Assembly: GCA_015680685.1 (NCBI GenBank)
Contig: MNCI01002453.1
Span: forward strand, 247,710-311,709
Reading direction: 5' to 3'
DNA: 64,000 nucleotides
DNA from: Gnetum montanum
Taxonomy: Eukaryota > Plantae > Gnetophyta
Under the pieces are notes generated by a model, which did no database searches, was not told the origin of the DNA, and saw only the letters and a program-made list of their open reading frames with translations. A program made the position numbers and the translations under genes. Positions 1 to 12,382 of this stretch are shown piece after piece (position 1 is the stretch's first letter; every line of letters starts with the position of its first letter).

Positions 1-760
1 TGAGGCTTTTCGTCCTTCTTACCTTTATCCTCACCTTTATGTTCATGGTGGCTATGCCCAGATGTGGAAGGAGAGGATGAGTGATGTGAATAAGGGGAAG
101 AGGAAGGTGAACCATCTCCATGATGATGTTTCTTGCCTTCTCTTTGGTTGCTACAACCCCAATTGTGGTGACGATCCAAGTGTCCATCCTTAGCATAAGT
201 GGTTGTTCCCTCTGTGAACAGTTGGTGTTCACAGGCATCAAAACCAAGGATATGTATCATTGATCATAGGTTTTGATGTCCAACCTCCTCACCATCGTTA
301 GGAGGAGAAACATCATTTGTTAAAGAACTTGTGATAAGGGGTTCCTCATCTTCTATTTCGCTAAGGACATGCAAGGCTTTGCCCTTCAAAAAAGTATGTT
401 GACACTCCTGCCTTAAATCCCTCATACGTTGTGCATTTGTGGGATAATAATCCCTCATCTCAAAGTCTTTAGCAGCGTATTCGGAAAAATGTTCTTGCAT
501 GCCAATCTGTGCCAAGGCATGGAAGAGCATATTAGAGATTGCAAAATCTAGCAGTAACATGATGTTACCTTGCAAAGCTCTCCATCACAGTTGTTCGTCT
601 TGGTGGAGGATAAAAGTAAAGTTGGGAATATACTCATCGGGATGAGTATATCTCATCTTATATTGTTTAGGACTTGGCTGATTTTGGCTATGTGTTTTAT
701 GTTGCCGACTGTCTCTAGTATGGTCCTTAGGTGGTGAGTTGCTCTTATGAGAAGAAGGAA
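1..760 (-). pseudogene. gag: N-terminal gag-like region of Athila-like unit A0 (continues left of the window)
   Basis: ORF 264-575 (QGNIMLLLDFAISNMLFHALAQ...PPNDGE) is homologous to 6790-7083. Region 575-900 is homologous to 23179-23500, so this is an uninterrupted paralog of the A1 5' end. Confidence 0.75.
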
Positions 761-884
761 GCTTTATCGGTGTGCTAATTTCACCGTTATTTAATTTTTC
801 TTATGATTAACCCTAAGGTTTTTTTAGGCTTACAACGATGTGAGTGATATCCTCTTATGTCCTACTTAGCTCACAAACACTTAG

Positions 885-902
885 TCCCTAGAAACAGTGC
901 CA
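885..902 (-). promoter_or_regulatory. Primer-binding site (tRNA-Asp type) of A0
   Basis: Minus strand TGGCACTGTTTCTAGGGA next to the LTR end; a decayed form of the Athila PBS TGGCGCCGTTGCCGGGGA. Confidence 0.75.
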
Positions 903-903
903 A

Positions 904-1905
904 TGATGAGTGGCGAGGTACCCCTACACTCAACCATACGAAACAAGCGTCGCACGCATGATCCGGTTGAACTTTATAGACTAAATGCCTATGGGCTTCA
1001 TGGATCACTTAAGGTTAATCGTTCGTTGTCTTCCCAGACTTACTTGTAGTTGTCACAGTGTATGGTTAAGTAAGTCTGAGGTATATGATTTTTATATGTT
1101 TTTCTCCTATGCTATGAGGTGAAGGGTTGAGAAGCTAACTAACTCTAACTAATGTCCTAAGTCTAAATTAACTAGCATCAGCATTCGTTCCCACTTACTG
1201 TACACATCTTGAACTATGCAACTATGGCTACCAAATGCTAATCGTTACTGGGATCACCACACGTAATGCATGTGCTTGAAGTGGTCGTACTGAGGCACTT
1301 AACTAGCCTAAATGCAATGAGTAGCCAATTCCTTGACTAGTTGTACACATCCATAGATGCTTGTAATCAAGTCATACTCATTTCATATTCTAGTAGTTGA
1401 GGGTGAGAGAATCTAATCGCGATGAGAAGCCGATTCCTTAACTAGCCGTACACATCCATGGATGCTTGTAATCAAGTCGTATTCATGCCGCGCTACTATA
1501 GGTAATAAATAACAAGTAGGAAATAACATGTAATAAACCTATTCCATGTATTACAAGGTTTATCCACAAAGCTCATCTTTATTGCTGGACACAACTTGTG
1601 TTCAGGTATAAAGCTGCTCGAATAAAGATCCATTCACTTGGGGACTCCTACTGCAGGTGCATGGAAAATATTCTATCTCTGGAGTGATCAATCTGCTAGA
1701 GTTTTTCTACTTTAAGCCTAGGATGGAAAATAAGGGGAGTGCCACCTCTTATTTATAAATTTGGCGATGGACTGCGATATCGTGTATGCGACATTGCAGT
1801 GGATGACACGATATCGCATATGCAATATCGCGTATGCAATATCGCATGGGATGCGATATCGTGACGGCTGCTATATCGCAGTGCATGCGATATTGCGTCT
1901 CATCA
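904..1905 (-). repeat. Athila-like LTR shared by A0 (as 5' LTR) and A1 (as 3' LTR)
   Basis: TGATGAG...CTCATCA inverted termini; homologous to 23505-24296; PBS on its left and PPT-like TACCCCC (1906-1912) on its right. Confidence 0.85.
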
Positions 1906-4164
1906 TACCCCCATGATTGAATGAAAACTCATCCTCAAGTTCCTTATAATAATATTGGGAAGGTATGGAATTATTGAGGGGAATGAAACTAATGGGATGA
2001 CATGTGAATGGATCATTATTACAAGACTTGACAAAACTGGTGTTCATGACAACAAGGGTGAACACCTTATTACAATGACAGCTGATGCGCTTCGTGCATG
2101 TGCATTATGCTAGGTTAATTTAGACTTAGTTGGTTAGTTGGTTAGTAGCAAAACTTCTCATTTGAAAGCTAAGAAAGAGAGAGAGAAAGAATTTTTGCTA
2201 CTACCAACGCCAAGATTGTGCCTTTCATTGTCCATCCGTAAGCACATCAACAGTCTTGCTCCTTGCATAGCTACTTTAGCGCTGCTCCATTCCAAGTATT
2301 CTCTCCAGATCCAATTTGTTGTTGCATGATTTCCATATGCACAGACAACATAATCTTATATTAGCAAGGGTAAATGAATTTCAATGTAGTTGATACCTTT
2401 CTTCGGTGTGGCTAGGTTGTGGTATGGATGATTGTGAATCTGGAGATATGATATTAGTGACTATCGAAGGTGTAGGGGTTAGGAGAAAATCAAAAAAATT
2501 GGGCCCCGTACCCCCATGACTAATCGTGAACCTTCGGTAGCGATAGAATGGAGAAAGAAAAGGAATAAGAAAGATAGATAAATAGGGACAAATAACATCA
2601 TTGAAATGGATGTCAAGATGGAAATGAACAAAATAAATTAGATTGCAAAAATGTTAGGGAAAAGAATTTAACTAATGCACCAAAGAGGAATGTCAGTGGA
2701 TCCTCCCCAAAGCAGGCTCATGCCCTTAATGCCCTGACATACCCACATTCAAAGAGTTCATAGACCTTGAGATTGTCATTTGAAACAAGAATTAAAGTCT
2801 CACCCTTAAGAATTTACCAAAAAGAAAACAATGCATCAACCAAAATATACACTAATGATACAACCAAAATATACACTAATGATACAACCAGCAATGAGGT
2901 AAGTAATGGAGAGAAGGATGGAGAGAAGAGAATGGAATGGAATCCCAAGAACAAGGTGGTGTATAGCCCCTTGTGCGTGTTTCATGATTAATGTGACTCA
3001 AAAAATATCATTCCAACTCTAGCCTCAAACAAACCACTTCTAGTGACTTCACATTAATGCAGTTGGCCAAACCATCCTCTTGAAGTAACAAGAATGCCTT
3101 CACCCAAGAGTCACCACCATTCTGACGAAACAAAGAGAAGATAATGGGAAGCGAGAAGGGCCTTAGTTAGAGGGAACATTTTTAGTTCCATAACCAGTTC
3201 TTGTAGCCCAAGGAATTATTTCGTCTAATGGGTGTGCTTTGAATTCTCACTTTTTTGTGTGTTTTATATGTTTATGCGTGAGAACCACACCATGCAAAGA
3301 CTTTGTTATTTTTATTTGCTCAGCTTCCTGATGATTGGGTAACGTCGAAACGGTAAGAAAACTTAAGAAGAAAAGCATCCAAGAACCCAAGAGAATGGCC
3401 AACACAAAAGCATCAAGTTCCCTTAAAGTCACACCCTTTTCAATTCTTGAGTCCTTCCTTAGTTTGAGAAATGCCTAGTCACCGATTCATTAATAGTTCT
3501 TATTTAGAAGGGACTGTACATTTCCAATCCGAGAGAGATGATAGAAATTGGTGGATGAATGGATGAAGTGAACTCATTACCTACCATATCAAAAGAAACA
3601 TACCTTAGTATCAACATCATGACTTAAAGGTAAAAACCAAACATTAGTAATCAATAGGAAAATAGTTCATACCATCATTTTGAACACTTATTGAATGAAA
3701 AACTTACAGGGTGGATAAAACACACACACACACCCAAAAATTGAAAAAGTATAAACAATGTTGTAAAACAAAAAAAAGAAAAGTTAAAAATATTTGTAAA
3801 ACAAAAACATGTAAAAAAAAATGTGTAAAACCAAAACTTGCAAAACAAAAACATGTAAAACAAAAATGTGTAAAACAAAAAATTAAAAAGAATTGAGGGC
3901 CCTAAATGATTAGCATAGGTGGCCATCTCTCCCATGACTGAATGGAAAGGGAGAGATCCAAAATAATGAACTTCTATTTGAATCTCTTAAAAGTGCCCAA
4001 CTTTTCCCCATTGATGTTCTTAGATTAAGGGGTGGAAGTTGGCGATGCTCATATTCCAATGTGTCTATGCCTTCATTGTTGGCATGGGTTGTTTCCTTAG
4101 CTCGTTCCATGCATATTTTTTGGTTGCTCTTATGAGTAGTTGTCAACGATGGGGTGTCTACTAC

Positions 4165-4720
4165 TTATTGTGTGGTTGCTACATACAGGCATCTTTGTTT
4201 CAAAGTTTTAAGAGCACACCTACTACATGGAGGAGATGTTGTGCATTCCTCCATGTCATCACCTGATGAGTCACTGTATGTGATGCATGGAACTTTTCTC
4301 TTCTTGATCTTTCCATAAATATTTACCTTAGAGATTTCCAAGGAAAGATCACAAATTCCTAGGCATGCGTCTACTGTACTCAGCCATTCCCTTCCCATTA
4401 TAATTGGGAAGTCCCCTTTGTCATTATTAACTTCAATCACTAGGAAATTAGCTGGGTATGATCAACCATACACAGTGTTAACAATGTCTTCTACCAATCC
4501 TAAGGGAATGGTGATGGATTGGTCTGCCAACTCTAGTTGAATGTTTCTCTTCTTAAGTTAGGGTAGGTTCCAGGCTTGATACATTTCTCGTGAGATTAAG
4601 TTGACTTTGGAACCTAAGTCAAGAAGAGCCCTATGTGGTTTGTTCCTGGTGACTTGGAGGTAGATTAAGGGACTTCCAGGGTCAGATAGTTTCTTGGGAA
4701 GGTGGCCTACATTGATCCAG
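4165..4720 (-). pseudogene. Aspartic protease of A1 (Athila-type)
   Basis: LPKKLSDPGSPLI...ALLDLGSKVNLI and FPIIMGREWL motifs; interrupted by stops. Confidence 0.85.
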
Positions 4721-4899
4721 TTGGTTACGGTATGTGTTAACATAACTGTCTGCGTTGAGCTCTGAATTTGGTTTGAAGGGTGCTCCGAAGACTTATGTGT
4801 TGGAGGTGTGATCACAAACTCAACCGCTTGTTGTTGTGAGAGCTTGTCTGGGCTTTTGGTTCTAAAGAAATATCTTTTATTTTTAAGTTTGTCAGAACT

Positions 4900-7083
4900 A
4901 GCAACTTGTTGAATGTTTATGGCTCTAGTAGCGTTGCATTGCTACGGTTGAGTGGGGAGTTTCCCTTGCATTGTTGGAGCAAGAGGTGTTATGGGAACTA
5001 CTGGTGGAAGAGGTGCAGATGGATTAGGAGGATGGTATGGGTATGGAGCATCGCCTGTAGGAGAAGGAGTCCTTCTAAGGTACTCTTGAACTTTGTAGTA
5101 AGGGTGGGGAGTTGTGTGACCCATGGAGTCATTAGAGAAATTAGCTACTGCACGTAGTAACCATATGGATCAAGTTGCCAGTAAGGGTACTATTGTTTCG
5201 ATGGTGGCATCCCCCATGACTGTGGGTATTGCCACTACTGATGCTATCTGATGGGTTGTGGTGGAGTTCCACTTAGATAATACGTCAATGGTTGGTGGAA
5301 CTATCTTTGGTTACCTTGAGGATAAGGTTACCTCTGGGGTATCTACCATCTGTTGAGTCTCAGGTTGAGTGCATACACCCCAGAATCTTGTAGATGTGAG
5401 ATGATTGGACAACATCCCTTAGGATGGTCATAGTGGCAGATCTCATATCCACTGCCATCTTCTGTGTCTAAATCCACAAACTCATCAAAGATAGTTATTT
5501 TTCCTTACCCTTGTCACGTGCAGGGCCTGAATCTCTCTACTTTTTTTTTGTCCTTGTGACTACTTAGTTCCTCCTTAGACTCAACAATCTTAAGGACAGT
5601 TTCAATTTTACTATCTAAGGAGCTTCATACTTCATCTATCTTAGCTGCTACTTCTATTGTTATTTTCTGAAGCAGCAAGGTTTTCCTATTCACCAACTCT
5701 TCGAGTGGTGCCTCGTCCTCTTCATCGCAAAATCTCACTCCCTTCTTTCGAAGAGAGGGATCACGGTGATATTATTTCGCACTAACTCTTTTTCGTAGCT
5801 TCACTTCTTCTTTGGCTACTTGTTCCAACAAGTAATGTATTTCATGGGATCTAAGTTCTGATAGTCTCCCTTGGGTGTATGTCCCAAGGGTTCTCCTAGT
5901 TTCATACCTTAGCCCATCTACGATGTGGCAGAGTTGATCCCGCTGTGCGTAACCATGGCCCAGGAAACAATGTAACAATGCATAGTAGTGGCCCATGGTA
6001 GTATCCAAGGGTTCATGAGTACCTTGCTTCCATCCTTGGATCTGCTTACGCAAATTAGACACTCTGGAGTATGTTTGATATTTATTGTTGAAGAGTTCTA
6101 ACATCTTGCTCCACTTCCTGGTGGTTTCCAGTTCTAAGGATCGGTACCAACTCTTTGCTTCCTTGATGAGTTTCTTGGGAAACAACTTTAGTTTTTTCCA
6201 CTTGTTTTCTATGTTTTCCAAGGTGTAGGCATCATGGAATGCCTATAAATGATTTTGTGGATCTGCATTGTATCCCCCTTCAAAGTGTGGGATATTGTTC
6301 ATGTCTAAGCACTTGATCCGATCGTCTTTTAAATGCCTTATTGGGATTCTCACAACCTTCGTTATATTTAGCATGCTTTGAGTGGCAAGTAGGGGTTCTT
6401 CATGATCATCTCTTTCATGACCTATGATGTCTCTGTTGTTCCCTACTTTCCCTTTGTTCATGCCTGGACTCTCTAGACTACCCTCATCCTCTCTCTTGAC
6501 TCTCTCATCAAGTTCTCTCATTTTTCTTACCTTTATCCTCTCCGTTATGCTCTCTATGATTGCGCCCTGATGTGGAAGAAGAGGGTGAGTGATGTGATGA
6601 AGGTGAAGAAGAAGGAGAACCATCGCCATGACGATGTTTCTTACCTTCCCTTCTATGGCTTTGGCCTCGATCATGATGATGATCTGAGTGCCTATCCTTA
6701 TCATGTGTTGTTGTTCCCTCAGTGAACAGTTGGTGTTCATGGGAATTAGAACTAGGGTTGTGTATCATTGAGTGTAGATTTTGATACCCCACCTCACCAT
6801 CGTTAGGAGGGGGAACATCTTTTGATAGAGAACCTGTTGTAAGTGGTTCACCATCTCTTATTTCACTTAGGACGTGTGGGACCTCTTTGCCCTTTAACAG
6901 TGTATGTTGGCTCTCCTACCTTGAGTTCCTCATACATTGTGCAGCTGTAGGATAGTAATCCCTTGAGTCAAAATCAGCCACAACATATTCAGCATAGAGC
7001 TGAGTCATGCTAATTTGTGCCAAGGCACGGAGGAGCATGTTGGTGACTGCATGATCCAAAGGTAACACTATGTTACCTTGCAA
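4900..7083 (-). pseudogene. gag: gag of A1 (capsid-like domain, Cys/His motif near 5410-5450, Pro/Gln-rich tail)
   Basis: NIPHFEGGYNADPQNHL...KLKLFPKKLIKEAKSWYRSL...W..M...F retrotransposon gag signature, with stops and frameshifts. Confidence 0.8.
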
Positions 7084-7088
7084 GTCTT

Positions 7089-8495
7089 TGAAACACCAAA
7101 AAATTTTGGCCTAGCACTTTTAGACAAGAATCAAGCTAAGTCATGCTACTGCCCAACATGAGTATAGCATGACAAAACTTGAGAGCCTTCAAAATGACAT
7201 GAAATAACATATAATGGAGCAAGAAATAGAGCAAGCAAGGTCCTCCTAGGGCCCATAGGCCACTGCACCAACTTTTGGCATTCATAATCAAAATTTTTGG
7301 GCTCAAAATGCTTGGTTTTGGCTAAGTGTAATTTGGCTACCTTTTCTTACGCTGCTTAGTGTAAGGCTCAGCGTCACCAAATTTTAGAGTCCTGAAATAG
7401 AGCCAAAATGACATATAGATCAGCCAAAATTTGGCACACAGAACCCTCATGACCCATAGCATGCAGATCCACTCTAAAAATGGGTCTCAGAAGTCAAAAA
7501 TGGGTTTAAAATGCACTATTTTTAGGTAAGATGTTGTTAGTGACGCTGACATTGATGCTGATGTTGACGCTGACACTGACATTGGATGTTGATGCCAAAA
7601 CAAGCTATGCACACATCAGAGCCAGATCTATGCACGCTGGAGGCTTTGGAAGCACAAAAAAAGCACAAATCTGTAGATCCAGAGGTCAAACACCAGATCC
7701 ACTCTTGTACTTTAACTTTCTTTGTACATTTTGCATTTTTCAGCTTATCAAGCTCTTACGCTATGGGTTACACACGTTAGCATAAGAGATTTTGGTCACA
7801 CTGCACACTGTACATTGTAAAATTTTTTTCATCTGGTCAACACACACACCTATTGCCCAATCCAAATTTTTCTCACCCTGCAGCCATGGATCTTCACACA
7901 AATCCACATCCCATGGATTAAACCCGTATAAATACCCTGATTTTCCACTAGATCAAGGTTGGAAAATTTAACCATAGAGCATTCTGTACACTTTTTATGC
8001 TAAACATTCCAAGCAACATTTCATATGCTGGGCATCAGACTTAGTCATGCTGAGCAAGGGAAATCTTGGTCATATTATAGAACATGCAACCAGAAACCTG
8101 TATTCCCCAGCATCCATTCACATCAGGGCTAAACGTCTGCCTTGCAATGATTCTGCAACTACATTATGATTGGTGCACTTCTTTGTAATTTTCAATCAAT
8201 ACAAACAGTTGCATTTTTGCCAATCATATTTACAGTTTACATTATTTTTTGTTTACGCTATTTACACCTTGTTTACGTTGATCCACGTTTACGTTTGTTT
8301 ACAATAACCTGGTGCATTACCATTGTGTATGCTAGGGAAAGTCCTTGTTTGATCTACGTGTAGACCATCCAAGATACTCTACCTTCGTTTATTTCCAGCT
8401 TGCCCTCGCGCGAAGGTAGGGTCTGCTGTATCTCTCCAGAGATCTTTAGGCATTCGTTTTCTTCCAACGTTACACCGACAATTTTGGAAAGTACA
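7089..8495 (+). repeat. 5' LTR of B (1407 bp)
   Basis: TGAAACACC...AGTACA; collinear with 21167-23173; TATA-like TATAAATA near 7927. Confidence 0.9.
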
Positions 8496-8500
8496 GTTAA

Positions 8501-8520
8501 TGGCACTAGAAGGAGGGTCG
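8501..8520 (+). promoter_or_regulatory. PBS of B, complementary to the tRNA-Asn 3' end
   Basis: TGGCACTAGAAGGAGGGTCG, a CpG-decayed TGGCGCTAGAAGGAGGG, 5 nt after the LTR. Confidence 0.8.
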
Positions 8521-8879
8521 TTTCTTTGTTAGATTCACCTCTTAGCATCACCAGATCCAGCGTTCACATGCTGCTGTGATTGTTAGCGTTCCTACGTTGC
8601 CTTGCTCCCAGCGTTTAGGTGCTATTTCCCGCTCATAAATCCTATTATCTAGTTCAGACGCTATTTCAGAATTTTTTAGACACATTCCTGCTTGAATCAC
8701 AGCGTCCTGCACCTTCCGTTATCAGATTCAGACATTGCCCATGGCGTCCTACACTCTCTACTGGTTTCAGACATTGTTTACAGCATACATCATCCTTATC
8801 CCTCTTTTCTGAGGCTATTCACAGCATCCAGATCTAAGTTTTCTTCTCAGACACTGCATTCAACACTTAGTTTTCTTAC

Positions 8880-9560
8880 CCAAACGTTTGATCAAGCTGA
8901 CGTTTGGTTACACTGATGTTGGTCAAGCTGATGTTTGGTCACACTGAAGTTGGTCAAGCTGTGCCTCACCCTATCTTATACGCTGTGCACATTAATTATA
9001 TGCAGCCCCTCTTGAAACTCCTTGTACACTGCTCCTAGTGTTCATACACTGCAGTACATTTTTATACGCTGAAATTCCTTTGATACGCAAGTCAACACTT
9101 AGCCATATTTTCTCTCTTTGACACTTAGCCATATTTTCTCATTTACACACGTTGACATTGGTCATGCTAATGTTGGTCAAGCTAAGATTTGGTCATGATG
9201 ATGTTTAGTTAAGCTGAAGTTTGGTCAAGCTAACGTTTGGTCACGCTGACGTTGGTCAAGTTGACGTTTGGTCAGGCTGACGTTGGTCAAGCTGACGTTT
9301 GATCACACTGACGTTGGTCAAGCTACTCCTCACCCTATCTTATATGTTGTGCACATTAATTATACGCTTCCCCTCTTGAAACTCCTGGTATGCTACTCCT
9401 AGTGTTCATACACTATAATACATTTTTATATGCTAAAATTCCTTTGATACGCAGGTCAACACTCAGCCATATTTTCTCTCTCTAACACTTAGCCATATTT
9501 TCTCTCTCTAACACTTAGCCATATTTTCTCTCTTCAATACTTAGCCATTTATTTTCTTTC
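8880..9560 (+). repeat. Leader tandem repeats of B: 15-16 bp CTGACGT(T)TGGTCAAG units, ~25 bp ACACTTAGCCATATTTTCTCTC units and a ~360 bp duplication
   Basis: Units are visible directly; block 8965-9117 is repeated at 9328-9480. Confidence 0.85.
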
Positions 9561-9585
9561 TCTTACACTATTACATATAGACACT

Positions 9586-11445
9586 TTGACAATGGACCCT
9601 GTGCACACCAACACCACCACCATGTCCATTACCAACTTTGGTACCACGATCTCGGGTCCTGTCACCGCCGTTGAGTCCATAGTTGCCCTTGGCATGATGA
9701 ATCCTCAAGGGCCATCTCACTGGTCACTGAGACTACAAGGTATAGATCCCATGTTCACCATCCTAACTCCCGAATAATATAACTTTATTTGCGTTAAAAT
9801 CCAAGCTAACCTGGCCATTGACCGAGCTGAACTAGATGCAAAGAGACACTATGAGATCATCAACAAAGGAGGTCACAAATTTTTTCCCACCCCCTACAAC
9901 ATCATCCCACTCTTTGAATACCACCATGAACCCCTATCCCAACTCCTCATGGCCATAGAGCTTCAAAACGAAGATGAGGAAGATAATTTTGTAGCTCAAT
10001 CTAAGCATCGGGATTCATACCATACTCTCAGTCTGCATACTTATGCGAATCTATTATTTCACCCTTTCATGGGGGAGACCATGTCCCTCCATTCATTTAA
10101 ACCCACTCAAGCACATGTCCGCCAATAGGAAATGCCCACTCTTATTTCCACTCTCCCTATGATCGATGCTCAATTCAATGTACCCATCCCCACTATTCCT
10201 CCAGTCACCAAGTTATCCCCTCTCTTATAAGTACAACCCCAAAAACCCCCCTCTCAAACTAATGTAGGAGCAACTTTCCCATCCCAAGTAATCGGGATAC
10301 CATCTGTGACACCCACTTCCACATCTACACACTTCATCCCACAAGTGCAAGTTCATACCACACCCCTATCTCCTCCAGTACAACACTAGGTACAAAGTCT
10401 CCCTTCACAACCCACAATTAGCCAATGGCCCACTCCTATTGCTCAACAACAACAACAACAACAACCTACACCTTACAGTATGCCTCCCTTAGTAGCACCC
10501 ACTGTAAATATTCCACAAGTGCAACCTCCGACCACTTAACTCTCTTCTTTCTTGCCCACTGCATAGTAGTCTAATTTGTATGGTACTTAAACTAGCCAAC
10601 CTACTGCTCCACCAAGTGCCCAAGAATGGGCCGAAGCAAAAAAGATGATGCAGGAGCTCACTGATGAGGTAAAACGTCTCAAAACTACTAACAATGAAGA
10701 GCTTAAAGTATTATACTTTTACCAAGACGATCCTATTAGCTCTTTGGTACCACCATTAACCTTGCCCAAAGGAGTTTCTTTGCCTCAACTAATCAAATAC
10801 AATGGGGAAGGAGACCCCAACGCCCATCTAGTCACATTTAGACTAGAATGCTTGTTGCTTCAAGCTTGGCCCCATGCAATCTTGCATGTGTTCGCCATGT
10901 CCCTCACTGGCAGAGCATTAGACTGGTACCGAGCCTTGCCTCACAACTCCATATCCTCTTTGGAGGATCTCTTATACCAGTTTGTTACCAGGTTTAAATA
11001 CAACCTGAAACTTGAAGCAACCTTGGATAGTCTGATACAGGTAAAACAAGCACCGCTTGAACCTGTACAAAAATTTATCCAAAGATAGAGTGTTGCACTC
11101 AACGAACTTCATGAGCCAATCCCAGAAACATACCTTCTTACCATTCTTAAGGGAGTTGTGAATGATTTTGTGAAATCAAAACTATACTATCTAAATGTGC
11201 ACACTCTAAGCCAAGCTTTTGTATATATTAAAAACATAGAAGAGGTAGCCCAAAATAGTCATGACCCTGCTTACTCAGCCTTCAAAAATCAACACACTAA
11301 AAAAGATAAAGAAAAGGCTAAAGCAACAGTAGTAGCAGTAGTAGAGACTTAGCCTACCAACATGGGACAGCAAGGCAGACCACCTACTACTCCTGTCAAC
11401 TATGAGAGAACCACTCCTGCACATACACCTAAAACATCTACCATG
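9586..11445 (+). pseudogene. gag: gag of B
   Basis: LPQLIKYNGEGDPNAHL...FAMSLTGRALDWYRALPHNSISS is a Tat/Ogre-type gag motif; in-frame stops present. Confidence 0.85.
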
Positions 11446-11969
11446 TAGGGGACCGATTCCCCACATCAACTAAATTTGTAGTAGTAGAAGAGATGTCTGG
11501 TTTTAACTTGATATTGGGACGACCATGGTTAGCCCAGTTAAAGGTGGTATCCTCACCCATCCACCAAGAGATTCACCTGCCTTACGAGGGCAGTGAAATA
11601 ATTATACATGGTGATGCAACTACACCCAACACCTCTACACACGTAGGCACAAACCAAGGCTTAGAGGTCGAATTTGATGAGCCTAAACAAGATGACACTA
11701 CTCTCGAGCCTAAAAAAGACACAACACCCATTGATAACCAAAATGATAACCAATCTCCATACCATGATCCCCCAGAAGATATGGAAACATTACAAAACAT
11801 GGAAACATCGGAGCATGTTGACATAGGAATTATTTCCCCAAACGTCTCATGGTCAGAATTACCGTTTAACATAATTAGCAAAGGAGACGCTGATATGCCC
11901 AACACACCCAATCAATCCTCGAAAATTAAAGAAGCTACTCAACTATTAAAAAACTATCGTCTGAAATGA
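11446..11969 (+). pseudogene. C-terminal half of the protease plus tail of B (catalytic half deleted)
   Basis: FVVVEEMSGFNLILGRPWLAQLKVVSSPIHQEIHLP...IIIHGD; no D-x-G motif upstream. Confidence 0.8.
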
Positions 11970-12149
11970 CGTTAAACTACTATTTTCCGAAATGACATTA
12001 AACTATAGCTGTCTGAAAAGACATTAAAATACCACGTCTGTAATGACATAAAACTAGCCACGGTCAGGAATGACTGGTTTATTTTAAAACCCATTGAAAC
12101 AGTTCAAATCTCTCTTGTTTTCTTGTGGCCCGAAATGGCTTTAAACTAG
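11959..12149 (+). ncRNA. Cluster 1 of coremin-like (putative xrRNA) hairpin-TAAACT motifs, ~6 copies
   Basis: GTCTGAAATGACGTTAAACTAC (11959-11980) and variants at 11985, 12011, 12036, 12062 (partial) and 12128. Confidence 0.6.
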
Positions 12150-12382
12150 AGCGAGTTACGTTTCCATTTCTTTAAAATTACATTCTTTGTTTGCATGCAT
12201 AGTTACATCCTTGCTCTACCAATTATTATTCCCCCTACATTTCTTCTACACAGTTATCATTTCAGTACATTCATACTTATATTTACAAACAATTAAAACA
12301 ACAAAAGGAAAAAAATATAATAATGAAAATAAAAATAAAAAATCTTTTGTGTTTATGCTTGTGTTTATCAAAAGTTTGGACA

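Noticed and set aside
3675-3935. Lys-rich and Phe-rich ORFs
   Set aside because: Low-complexity TGTAAAACAAAAA repeats in a retrotransposon UTR.
1906-4164. Athila env-like ORF
   Set aside because: No long or consistently decayed frame with transmembrane features was found.
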